Of a stretch of DNA of 37,449 nucleotides, positions 17,692-27,035 are shown in pieces. Each line of letters begins with the position of its first letter. The stretch's first letter is position 1. Both the position numbers and the translations under genes were made by a program. Origin of the DNA: an uncultured Phycisphaerales bacterium (GTDB lineage Bacteria; Planctomycetota; Phycisphaerae; UBA1845; CAIVHJ01); the NCBI GenBank assembly GCA_903905665.1, contig CAIVHJ010000381.1, forward strand, positions 1 to 37,449, read 5' to 3'. The notes beneath the pieces are model-generated. The model was not told the DNA's origin and did not search any database. It was given only the letters and a program-made list of their open reading frames with translations.

Positions 17692-17951
17692 GGCTTGTGC
17701 CTCCTAAAATGGAACCTTTCTGACTGATCGAGAAATCCCATTGATTTCCCATCCATCTATAAAGGCGCAAAAGGAAGCCCAAACAGCTCATGTTTTTTGA
17801 AAAAATTTTACACGCCCTATCTCCTTGAAAACAAAAGACTTGCGAGATTTCTGCCCAATCCAATAAAATAAAAACCGACACAGGTTCGGTCCTTGGAACT
17901 TCCACCCGCTCTCTCACAGTCGCGGTTCGGAAGCGCAGTCGGAGAAGACAT

Positions 17952-18785
17952 TCATGGTTTTTTCGGGGGGTTCAGAGGTTCGAGTTCGATGGGCCAGGAT
18001 TTTGTTTTGGAGGGAAGTTGGAAGTCGGACATTTTCAGGTCGGAGTTTTTCTTGACATTCGAGAAGACGGCGGATTTTCGGGTGTTTTCTTTTTTGTCGT
18101 GCAGGACCACCCGAATTGGAAGTCCGCAGGCCGTCAGTTTGTCGCTATTGGAGATGAACAATTCGATGCGGGAATACCGTTCGGCGAGGCGGCTGTCGGA
18201 TTTGGGAGTGCAGAGAAGGTGGTCGGTAGATTCGGGATCGTCAGGAGCGGGAGGGGCGAGGACGATGTCGAAGTGTTTTAGGATTTCGTCTTTTTTTTCA
18301 CCGAGCGGCAGAGGGACAGGTCCTTCGCCGAGTTTGAAGGGGTCGCTTTTTTCGCCGGGTGAGGCAAGTTCGCGTTTGACAATGGTGTTGGCGGGTTCCT
18401 TGGCTTCGATCAGCCAGTGACCGTCGAAAACATACCACTGCTGGTTCTTGTGCCGGTTAATGCCATCGTTCCATTCATCAAAGTGGACCATGAAGGCGGA
18501 TTCGGTCGGTGACTTAATCAGAAGGACGTTGCCCTGATAGTTCTGAACTTCGTCGGGATCGTCGGGGTTGATCTTGATGGTTTGCAGAACGGAATAAGCC
18601 ACGTCGGCGCTGAGGTCGCGGAGCTGTGCACCGGCTTGTTCCATTCGATCCAGAACCAGCGAAACATCCTGCACGGGGGGCGTTCGTTCGGTGGTGATTC
18701 CCGCGGCGGGATTTTGGCAGGCGAAGGCCGCCAGTCCGATTGTCCCGAGTATCCACCCTATGGAGTTGAATAGATCGATCGACAT
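17952..18785 (-). CDS. Exported LolA-like (lipoprotein carrier fold) protein
   Basis: N-terminal hydrophobic leader; LDRMEQAGAQLRDLSADV, WYVFDGHWL, and a C-terminal FSNVKKN..L..SDFQL pattern typical of the LolA fold. Confidence 0.55.
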   Translation of the reverse strand: MSIDLFNSIGWILGTIGLAAFACQNPAAGITTERTPPVQDVSLVLDRMEQAGAQLRDLSADVAYSVLQTIKINPDDPDEVQNYQGNVLLIKSPTESAFMVHFDEWNDGINRHKNQQWYVFDGHWLIEAKEPANTIVKRELASPGEKSDPFKLGEGPVPLPLGEKKDEILKHFDIVLAPPAPDDPESTDHLLCTPKSDSRLAERYSRIELFISNSDKLTACGLPIRVVLHDKKENTRKSAVFSNVKKNSDLKMSDFQLPSKTKSWPIELEPLNPPKKP

Positions 18786-19001
18786 GAGCAGTGTCCTTTT
18801 TCGCAAGATGCAGGGTCTTGGGATATAGATCGCGACTGACTCTCCCCTGTCCCTCTCTGAGAAGGAAGGGAATAATAGATTCTTCGTTTGATGGTTATAT
18901 CGCAGACTGGCGAAAAAGTCATGCCTGGTCTCAGTCGGGTGTTTGCCGCCTGTGAGATCGTCCACTGAATTACCGATGCAGGAGTCGGCAAGAGAATGAA
19001 T

Positions 19002-19748
19002 TTATGGTTCCGTACGGCGAACGTAGCATAGCGATCCAATCAGAAATGCAAGCGGGCTTAGAATAAGGCAGGTATAGAGATACCATTCTTCGGCAGGGGC
19101 TTGCCGCGCGGACTCAAAAGGTGGATCCACCACCCAGGCCCAAAACCAGACTCCCATGGAGACAATCAAAGGGGAAGCCAAACCAATACAGGTGTCGATG
19201 GCGGGACTGTTCAAAAAGGAAGAGAACAACCAGGCGACACAGAACATCAATAGGGCCGTGGCGGTCATGTACAACAACGGCGGCGCGATCATATCGGCCA
19301 ATTCGTTAGGCTGAACAGGAAGCCTGCCTTCGGCGGAGAATTTCTGGTAATAAGCGGCTACGATTCCAGCCAGAATCAGTCGGTACAATAAGTAAATGAT
19401 CAGGCAGGTTCCGACGTTGAATATGATTTTGTGTGTCAATGCCGTGCGACGAGAAATCGGCAAATAGGCGAGGAATTCCGCCGAGCGATCATACCGTTCA
19501 CCGGTCAGCGAATATCCTCCCAACAAAGCCCATGTCAGCAACGAAAGACAGCCGCTTCCCATGGTGGGTACCAACCATTTTTCAAGCCAAACTTGCCAAA
19601 CTTGCGGGCCCCAATTGTTGGTCGACCAAAAGAGGTCGCGATAAAGTTCGACGCAAATCACAATCACAAACGGCAAGACGAAGGCCACCACGCCCGCGAT
19701 TAACACCGAACGGTTTTGGCGATATTCCTTCCAGAGCAACGCTTTCAT
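19002..19748 (-). CDS. ABC-2 type transporter permease
   Basis: MKALLWKEYRQ, GER..RSAEFLAYLPISR and about six hydrophobic segments; ATGA overlap with the ATPase gene. Confidence 0.85.
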   Translation of the reverse strand: MKALLWKEYRQNRSVLIAGVVAFVLPFVIVICVELYRDLFWSTNNWGPQVWQVWLEKWLVPTMGSGCLSLLTWALLGGYSLTGERYDRSAEFLAYLPISRRTALTHKIIFNVGTCLIIYLLYRLILAGIVAAYYQKFSAEGRLPVQPNELADMIAPPLLYMTATALLMFCVAWLFSSFLNSPAIDTCIGLASPLIVSMGVWFWAWVVDPPFESARQAPAEEWYLYTCLILSPLAFLIGSLCYVRRTEP

Positions 19749-20656
19749 CTCTGTACCCTCCGCCCCTTGATGTAGTCCTTGAAAATGTCTTCCAAGGTCA
19801 GATCGATCACTTCGACGTCCTGCACGGGATTGGTGCTCTTGAGTTGCAAAGGCAGATCGGACGTAAAGTTTCCCACGGTTACCAACCATTCGCGCCCCTG
19901 TACACGCTGCCAAATGGTGTGGGCAGGCGGTTGTTTGGGTTGGCAACCGTCGCGTAAAACACCACGGATGCGTTTGGTTTCTTTCAACAGATTGTCCATG
20001 CTGGAGAGCGTCAGCAGTTCCCCCCGGTCGATAATTCCCACCGTTTGCACCATTCGTTGAACATCGCCCAGCAAATGGCTGGAAAATACCACCGTCCGAT
20101 GCTGGTCCGCCAAATTCGCCATCACTCCTTCCAGAAACTCCTCCCGTGCGATGGGATCCAAACCGCCCATCGGTTCGTCCAGAATCAATACCTCAGGATC
20201 GTGGGCCAGCGCCAATACCAGTGATAATTTGGCCAGCATTCCTTTGGAAAGATGCCTGACTTTTTTGCCGCCCCCCAGATCAAATCGCTTCAGCATCTCG
20301 CCGCACAACGGTTCGTTCCAGGTCGGATAAAATGATCGACAGAAATTAATCGCCTCGCCGACACGCATCCAACGGTGAATAAAGTTTTGCTCCGGCACAT
20401 ATCCGAGTCGTTGTTTGATCGTCTGAGGATGGGAAGAAACATCCAGACCCAGAATGTTCATGCGACCGTTCGTGCACGGCAGGATGCCCATCATCATTTT
20501 CAGCGTGGTGGTCTTTCCGGCGCCGTTGGGACCGATCAGACCGAAGGCGGTTCCTTTGGGAACACAGAAGGACAAATCACGAACCGCCGTCGTGGAGCCA
20601 AAAACTTTGGCGACGTTCTTCAGTTCTATCACTGTGTCTGGTGCTTCCGAAACCAT
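19745..20656 (-). CDS. ABC transporter ATP-binding protein (YtrB-like)
   Basis: GPNGAGKTT, LSKGM signature, LILDEP, SSH. Confidence 0.95.
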   Translation of the reverse strand: MVSEAPDTVIELKNVAKVFGSTTAVRDLSFCVPKGTAFGLIGPNGAGKTTTLKMMMGILPCTNGRMNILGLDVSSHPQTIKQRLGYVPEQNFIHRWMRVGEAINFCRSFYPTWNEPLCGEMLKRFDLGGGKKVRHLSKGMLAKLSLVLALAHDPEVLILDEPMGGLDPIAREEFLEGVMANLADQHRTVVFSSHLLGDVQRMVQTVGIIDRGELLTLSSMDNLLKETKRIRGVLRDGCQPKQPPAHTIWQRVQGREWLVTVGNFTSDLPLQLKSTNPVQDVEVIDLTLEDIFKDYIKGRRVQR

Positions 20657-21048
20657 TATGTCCCGCCCCCTTCTCTAACGCCGGAATCACTCATCGCACG
20701 ATCAAAAATTCCTCGAATGGATTCCTCGGAAATATTCGCAGAACGCGCCAAAACAATCCCCTGTGAAAAGGACCCGCGGGCAGCCTGCTCCAGTTGATTT
20801 CGCGCGACCCGTACTCCCTGTTCGGTTACAACGAACCCGACCCCGCGACGCAATTCCACCAAACCCTCCCAATCCAACTCGTCGTACGCACGCTGCACGG
20901 TATTGGGATTGACAACCAGTTCGATCGCCAAGGCCCGGATGGAAGGCAACATTTCACCGGGGCGGTGTATTCCCGCCGCCACCCGGCCGCGAACGTGGTC
21001 GGCGATCTGTTGATAAATAGGCACCGAAGTGTTGGTGTTAATTGACAT
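20656..21048 (-). CDS. GntR-family, YtrA-subfamily regulator
   Basis: PIYQQI..LPSIRALA..VNPNTVQRAY..RRGVG with a short C-terminus; first gene of an ABC operon. Confidence 0.93.
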   Translation of the reverse strand: MSINTNTSVPIYQQIADHVRGRVAAGIHRPGEMLPSIRALAIELVVNPNTVQRAYDELDWEGLVELRRGVGFVVTEQGVRVARNQLEQAARGSFSQGIVLARSANISEESIRGIFDRAMSDSGVREGGGT

Positions 21049-21071
21049 GCTGGGGAGGCCCGTATCAGACT

Positions 21072-21121
21072 TACTGTATTATATATCTAGTACAGTATAA
21101 CACAGAATCAGTGATTGTCAA
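21072..21121 (-). promoter_or_regulatory. Promoter with an overlapping YtrA-type operator
   Basis: Minus strand TTGACA (21121-21116), 16-bp spacer, TGn-extended TATACT (21099-21094); palindrome TACTGTA-N12-TACAGTA at 21072-21097. Confidence 0.75.
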
Positions 21122-21176
21122 GATTGAATCAAAATACGGATGAAAGATGCTTTGTATCTTATTATAGTTTCAGTGA

Positions 21177-21773
21177 TTATATCAATTTGTCGTCTGCGAT
21201 ACGGTCGGTCAGTTCGCGCAGGCTGGTGATGACGAGATCGGCTTGGGACGTGTATTCGACTTCGTGATGGAGTCGGTTGCCCAGCATCAAAATGGGTGTG
21301 GCGCCGGCAGAACGAGCACTCAGCAGGTCGAACAGATAATCGCCGACGACCCAAGCAAATTCGGGGGGGATGTTGAAGTGTTTGCAGATGTCCCAGACGG
21401 GTTGTGGGGAAGGTTTGACGGGGCCGTCATCGCGGGTGTGAATGAAGTCCACGATGAGGTTGTGTCGGGTCAGGACGGTTTGTGTCGATCGGCGGGAATT
21501 GCGAGTGGCGATGGCGGTTTTGATGCGGCGGGCGCGCAGGAATGTCAGGAGTTCGTGTGCGCCGTCGTGAAGGGTGGATTGTTGGGCGGCGACTTCTTCA
21601 TGGCGGTGGAGAATTTCCCAGGCACGGGTTTGTTCATCGGGAGTCATTTTTTCGATGGCTTCGAGAATCGTGCCCTCGATGCCAATTTCGGTGCGAATGG
21701 ACTCGAAGTCCAGAAACGGTTCGGTCAAGGTTCCGTCCATATCGAAAATGATCAGTTTGGGGTGATTTTGCAT
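21177..21773 (-). CDS. HAD-family hydrolase/phosphatase
   Basis: IIFDMDGTL, ATRN, KPSP, VGDYLFD. Confidence 0.93.
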   Translation of the reverse strand: MQNHPKLIIFDMDGTLTEPFLDFESIRTEIGIEGTILEAIEKMTPDEQTRAWEILHRHEEVAAQQSTLHDGAHELLTFLRARRIKTAIATRNSRRSTQTVLTRHNLIVDFIHTRDDGPVKPSPQPVWDICKHFNIPPEFAWVVGDYLFDLLSARSAGATPILMLGNRLHHEVEYTSQADLVITSLRELTDRIADDKLI

Positions 21774-21843
21774 CGAGTTCGTGATCCCATAAAATGACGT
21801 CGGTAGAAATTCGATCCCTTCGTGGTCAAGTTCAGGCTGAAGA

Positions 21844-24585
21844 ATGCCCCCAACCACCTACGAATCATTTTACCTCTGGGAGTTGAGTTACAAAACGGCG
21901 CAGCGTCGCCGTCCCGATCCGCCGGCGCCGTGGGTGTTGTTGGCGGTGGGTCTGATGCTGGGGATTGTCCTCGATGCCCGGTATCCCATTCAGACGCTCG
22001 TGGTGGTGATTTCCTTTCTGACTGCTGGCGGGGTGGCCATATTTTGGGGGCGACGGGGTGTGGTAAGTGCGGTGGCGGTGCTGATTTGCGCCACGGCAGC
22101 CGGGGCGTATCTGTACGACGTGAACTACCGATTTCTTCCTGCCGATCACATTGCACATTTTGTTCGCGACGAGCCGTATCTGACCACGCTGGAAGGGCAG
22201 GTCGTGGCCACGCCGCAGCGGAGCAAGAGTGCTCATCCGTATTTTGGGAAAGGAGGGCCGACGCGCTCGACGTGGGTGTTGTCGGTGGAGAAGGGTTATG
22301 GTCCGCGCGAGGCGACAGTGCTCAGCGGGTTGGTCCGCGTGACGGTGTCGGAGGCGACGTACGATGTTCGAGAGGGGGATCGGGTTCGGGTTTTTGGCGA
22401 GTTGCACGGGACGACGCTTCCGGAGAATCCGGGGCAGTGGAACGCGTCGGAATCTCGTCGATATCAGGGCGTTTATGCAGAGTTGCATGCGTTGTATCCC
22501 GAGGCGGTTGAGAAGTTGTCACCGGCACCGGGAGGTTGGTCGCATCAGTTTTTGGGTCGGGTGCGTCAAGAGGCGCGGACCTTGTTGCTGCATCGGACGT
22601 ACGTGAACCATCCGGCGGAGCGGTCGCTGCTGGCGGCGTTGATCCTGGGTCAGCGGACGGAATTGGATACGAAGTTGATGGAGATATTCCGGTTGACGGG
22701 GACGGCGCACTATTTGGCGCTGAGCGGAGCCAACGTGGGGATGGTGGCGATGTTCATCTGGATGGTGGGGCGGATATTGAAGTGGACGAGGCGGATGACG
22801 GGGGTGGTGGTGCTGGTTGTGTTGCTGGTGTTTTCCATTTTGGTGGAGCCGTGTTCGTCGGTTTGGCGGGCGACGATCATGGCTGGATTTTTCTGTCTGT
22901 CGTTTATTTTGCGGCGGCCGGTGAGCGTGTTGAATAATCTGGCGATGGCGGTGATCGTGCTGTTGCTGTGGAATCCGATGCAGTTATTCGACGCAGGGTT
23001 TCAACTGTCGTTCGTGGTGACGCTGGGTTTGGTGTCGCTGGTGTCGGTTTTGGATTGGCCGCTGCGTTTTGCGCTGGGTTCGGCTGGTCGCTCTTTGCTG
23101 AAGAATTCTCCGGTACCGAGGGATCGGGAATCGGGTTCGTCGTCATCGGGCGGGGTGAACAAAACATTGCCGGTTGAACCGGTCGAAGATCATACATTGC
23201 TGGGGGAAGTGCGAAGTCGGATCGTTCCGGAGATGAAGTTTTTGTTTGTTCGCAATCTGCATTCATACAACCTCGTGTGCGCAGTGTGCTGGCTGGTGGT
23301 GGCGCCGCTCGTGGCATATCACTTTCATCAGTTGTATTTGTACGGTTGGCCGTGCACGTTGATCACGTGGCCGCTGATTACAGTGATCACGGTGCTTGGA
23401 ATGATCAAATTATTGCTGGGGTTGATTTGGCCCGGCAGCGCAATCGTGACGGGATTTCTGCTGGAGGGCGCCACGGGTGTTTTGGTGTGGTTGCTTCGAC
23501 ATTTGGCGATGCTGCCGGCGACCCGCCTTGATGTACCGGTGCCGCCGTTGTGGTGGTTGGCGTTGTATTACGGCTTTTTGGTGTTGGTTTTGATGTGGCG
23601 GAGGCCGGAGTTGTTTCGCGGGGTGATTTCGCAAAGGGGTTCGAATTCAGGTTTGGCTGGGGACTGTTCGGGTGTGCAGGAACGCGGACTCTGGTTGACG
23701 TGGAAGTACCCTGCGGCACTCGGAGCCGTTGTTTTGTTGACGGTGGGGGCGGCGTATTGGCCGCGGAGCGTCACGCAGGAATTTCGGATCACGACGTTGT
23801 CGGTTGGGGCGGGTCATGCGTCGATACTGGAAATGCCCGATGGTTCGGTGTGGCTTTTCGATGCCGGGGCGCAGATGGATTATGACATTGGGCGACTCGT
23901 TGTCGTGCCGGCGTTGCAGTCGCTGAATATTCGACGGATTGATACCGCGCTCGTGAGCCATCCGAATTTTGACCATTATTCGGGTCTGCTGAGCGTGGAT
24001 GATCATGTGCCGATCAGACAGGTTGTGATGACGAATCATTTTCGGCGACTGGCGGGATCGGACGGGGCGGACAAAGTTTTTCTGGATCATCTCCGGGATC
24101 GCGGGATCCCGATTGCGGAAATCAATCGAGACGATGGTACGTGGATTAAATCATTCGAGGGTTCATCGGGCGTGCGACTGGAAGTGCTTTGGCCTCCTTC
24201 GGATTTACCGGAAAATACGGCGTCCAACGACACGGCGCTGGTGGTGCGGTTTTCGTATTCGGGTCACAGCGTGTTGTTTACGGGGGACATCGACCGATCG
24301 GCGGAATCGCAGTTGCTGGATTCGGGTTTGGATTTGCGGGCGGACGTGTTGATGGTGCCGCACCACGGCAGCGTGAATCGGATGACCGGGCGTTTTGTGG
24401 AGGCGGTGGGTCCGAAATACATTGTGATGTCGAGCGACAAGCGCCGGGTGGAGTGGTCCGACGAGTTGGCGGAAATTCTGAAAAACCAGGCGGTATTCAA
24501 CACCGCCGACGTCGGGGCGGTCACGATTCTTTTGTCGCAGCAGGGATTGTCGTTGACGGGGTTCCAGAAAAACCGTTCAGAGTGA
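21844..24585 (+). CDS. comEC: DNA internalization competence protein ComEC/Rec2
   Basis: N-terminal OB/DUF4131-like region, competence domain (GTAHYLALSG, RATIM, GFQLSF) and metallo-beta-lactamase domain (SHPNFDHYSG, FTGD, PHHGS). Confidence 0.93.
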   Translation: MPPTTYESFYLWELSYKTAQRRRPDPPAPWVLLAVGLMLGIVLDARYPIQTLVVVISFLTAGGVAIFWGRRGVVSAVAVLICATAAGAYLYDVNYRFLPADHIAHFVRDEPYLTTLEGQVVATPQRSKSAHPYFGKGGPTRSTWVLSVEKGYGPREATVLSGLVRVTVSEATYDVREGDRVRVFGELHGTTLPENPGQWNASESRRYQGVYAELHALYPEAVEKLSPAPGGWSHQFLGRVRQEARTLLLHRTYVNHPAERSLLAALILGQRTELDTKLMEIFRLTGTAHYLALSGANVGMVAMFIWMVGRILKWTRRMTGVVVLVVLLVFSILVEPCSSVWRATIMAGFFCLSFILRRPVSVLNNLAMAVIVLLLWNPMQLFDAGFQLSFVVTLGLVSLVSVLDWPLRFALGSAGRSLLKNSPVPRDRESGSSSSGGVNKTLPVEPVEDHTLLGEVRSRIVPEMKFLFVRNLHSYNLVCAVCWLVVAPLVAYHFHQLYLYGWPCTLITWPLITVITVLGMIKLLLGLIWPGSAIVTGFLLEGATGVLVWLLRHLAMLPATRLDVPVPPLWWLALYYGFLVLVLMWRRPELFRGVISQRGSNSGLAGDCSGVQERGLWLTWKYPAALGAVVLLTVGAAYWPRSVTQEFRITTLSVGAGHASILEMPDGSVWLFDAGAQMDYDIGRLVVVPALQSLNIRRIDTALVSHPNFDHYSGLLSVDDHVPIRQVVMTNHFRRLAGSDGADKVFLDHLRDRGIPIAEINRDDGTWIKSFEGSSGVRLEVLWPPSDLPENTASNDTALVVRFSYSGHSVLFTGDIDRSAESQLLDSGLDLRADVLMVPHHGSVNRMTGRFVEAVGPKYIVMSSDKRRVEWSDELAEILKNQAVFNTADVGAVTILLSQQGLSLTGFQKNRSE

Positions 24586-24720
24586 TGATCACGTACCGAA
24601 AAACTCCATCCAAAATCATGAGTAAACGAGCGCGGCAGCGTTGTGTTTTCACAGTCACGAAAACAGCGTGCAAGAAGACGGTGCGATCATGTCTGCCCCC
24701 CCGTTGGTTGCATTCATTTT

Positions 24721-24740
24721 GGTGGGCAAGCCCACCCTAC
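24721..24740 (-). repeat. GTAG-family REP element
   Basis: Minus strand reads GTAGGGTGGGCTTGCCCACC (GTAG plus palindrome); lies between the convergent comEC and MMPL genes. Confidence 0.7.
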
Positions 24741-24782
24741 GAAACTACGAAACTGAAAGGGAGGGGGGTATTGGAATAGGTT

Positions 24783-26993
24783 CTATGAAAGAATGCTCCG
24801 TTTTGAGGATCGATACCCCAGCAGATAAAAAGCGGGGACGAGCAGGGGGCGGACGAGATAGGTGTCCAGGAGGATTCCGACGGCGAACGCGAATCCGAGT
24901 TGCCGGATGAGTTCCACCGGGGTGACCATGAGCGAGCCGAGCGTCGCCGCCATGATCAGACCGCAGGAACTGATGACCGGTCCGGTCAAGATGATGGATC
25001 GTTCGACGGCTTCGCGGATCGGGAGCGTCCGGGATTCTTCCAGCAATCGCGTGACCAGAAAAATGTTGTAGTCCTGCCCGATCGCCACGATGATCACAAA
25101 AACCAGAATTTTGATTTTGTAGTCGATTCCGGCGCTGCCGAGCAAGCCGACGAACACGGCATGAGTCAGTCCGATGGCGGCGCCATAGGTGATGAGCGTG
25201 GCGAGCATCATGAAAATCGAGAGTCGAACGCGGCGGATCATAATCAGAACGATCAACCCGATCACGATGACGGAAAATCCGACGACACGATGCAGGTCCC
25301 GATTGGCCACAATCTGGAGGCTGGACATATAGGGAGTCATACCGATGGCGTAGAACTGATACGGTTGCTTCAAGTGAGCGGTGGCCCAGTTCCGAACGGT
25401 TTGTTCGACGCGGTGAAACACGCCGACGGCAGATTGACTCATCGGAGGATATCGTTGCATGACCTCGATAGCAATCGCGTTTTTGCCGGGGGCAAAATAA
25501 TACTCGGCGGATGAACTGGAAAACAAAGAACCGGCCAGGCGGGTCAGCAGTCCCTCTCGCTTGAGACCCAGCGGGGCGCCCAAATGCCACACGTCCGTGA
25601 CGCCGCTGATCGGTGCAATTTGTTGGGCAAGTTGATTCGATAGTTCGACCGCTCGTTGCGGGTCGGAGTGGAGATCGTCACAGACGATCATCAATCGGGT
25701 GGAAAATAATTCCGCTTCAGAGAAATGTTCGCGAACAATTTTCAGTCCTCTGGCGGCAGAAGTGTTTTCGAAGACCTCGCCGAAGCTGTCGTAGCGAACC
25801 GGGACTCCGAGTGACGCCGCGGCGGGAATTCCGAGAACAACCAGGCCGGTGACGAGAACAACGGCGGGATGCCTGACGAGCAATCTGGCGACGCGGGGCC
25901 ATAGAGGGTGTCGGCTAATCTGCGTAAGGGATGGTAAATCGCGGGGCCAGAAAAACGCGCGACGCATCACGACCACGAGTGAAGGAACCAGCGTGATGGC
26001 GGCCAGTAGCGAGAGCATCAGTGCGATCGGCAGAACCTGCCCGGAATTGTGAAACGGAACCAGACCGGCGGACATCAGCGTGAGCAGGCCGAAGATGGTG
26101 GTAGCGGCGCTGGCGGCGATGGCGGGTCCGACTGCCGACAACGATCGACCGACTGCCGTTGCTCGATCGAGCGTCTGCGAAAATTCCTCGCGGTATCGCG
26201 CGATCCAGAACAAGGCGTAGTCGGTACCGGCTCCAAACAGCAGTACGACAGTGAACGTTCGTTCGATATTGGAGATGGCTAGGCCGGCCATGGCCAGAAT
26301 ATCCAGAACCCGAAAGGCGATATAGACGCTTAGTCCGATGGACAACAGCGGTACCAGCGCGCCGAGCGGAGAACGATAGACCAGGATCAAAATGAGGAGG
26401 ACGGCGAGAATCGTGATCTTTGTGGTTCGCTGGAGTGCTTGCTCCGAACGGATGTTGTGTTGTTTGCCGATGGCTGCCGAACCGGTGATTTCCATCGTCA
26501 GTCCGTCGTGGATGCGATTTTGGGTGAGTTGCTCAATGCGTTCGACCGCCTGTGTAGCGCGCAGGGTGATGTAATTCAGGTCGAGCAAAACCGTGACCAG
26601 CGTGGACCGGCCGTCGGAACTATCGAGACGGGCGGACAATAACGGGTTCGTCGCGCTGGAGAGGACGCGCCACGGTTCGGGTTCATGGCGGCCGACTTGT
26701 TGGAGTTCCAGTGCAATTTTTTGAATGGTGCGACGGTCGTCGGGGGTAAGTCCATCCCTGCGATAAAAGACCAGTACGACTTGGCTTTGGGAGGTTTGCT
26801 CTGGAAACGTGTCGGAGAAGGCTCGCATCGCCTGATTCCATGGAGCATCGGGGGGGAGCAAACTTGCGGGTTCACTGCGTTGGAGAAGGACGGGGTCGGG
26901 CCGAAACAAGCTGACCATCACGGCCAGCATCAACCACGCCGTGATCCAAAGCCAGGGGTATCGGGCGATCAATTGTCCCAGTCGGTTCCACAT
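24783..26993 (-). CDS. MMPL-family (RND superfamily) transporter
   Basis: FGAGTDYALF..RYREE and AIGQDYNIFLVTR..EE, TGPVISSCGLIMA; duplicated membrane topology. Confidence 0.93.
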   Translation of the reverse strand: MWNRLGQLIARYPWLWITAWLMLAVMVSLFRPDPVLLQRSEPASLLPPDAPWNQAMRAFSDTFPEQTSQSQVVLVFYRRDGLTPDDRRTIQKIALELQQVGRHEPEPWRVLSSATNPLLSARLDSSDGRSTLVTVLLDLNYITLRATQAVERIEQLTQNRIHDGLTMEITGSAAIGKQHNIRSEQALQRTTKITILAVLLILILVYRSPLGALVPLLSIGLSVYIAFRVLDILAMAGLAISNIERTFTVVLLFGAGTDYALFWIARYREEFSQTLDRATAVGRSLSAVGPAIAASAATTIFGLLTLMSAGLVPFHNSGQVLPIALMLSLLAAITLVPSLVVVMRRAFFWPRDLPSLTQISRHPLWPRVARLLVRHPAVVLVTGLVVLGIPAAASLGVPVRYDSFGEVFENTSAARGLKIVREHFSEAELFSTRLMIVCDDLHSDPQRAVELSNQLAQQIAPISGVTDVWHLGAPLGLKREGLLTRLAGSLFSSSSAEYYFAPGKNAIAIEVMQRYPPMSQSAVGVFHRVEQTVRNWATAHLKQPYQFYAIGMTPYMSSLQIVANRDLHRVVGFSVIVIGLIVLIMIRRVRLSIFMMLATLITYGAAIGLTHAVFVGLLGSAGIDYKIKILVFVIIVAIGQDYNIFLVTRLLEESRTLPIREAVERSIILTGPVISSCGLIMAATLGSLMVTPVELIRQLGFAFAVGILLDTYLVRPLLVPAFYLLGYRSSKRSILS

Positions 26994-27035
26994 GAAGGTC
27001 CGCTCAATTCGCTACTGTATATTTGCGACACACGG

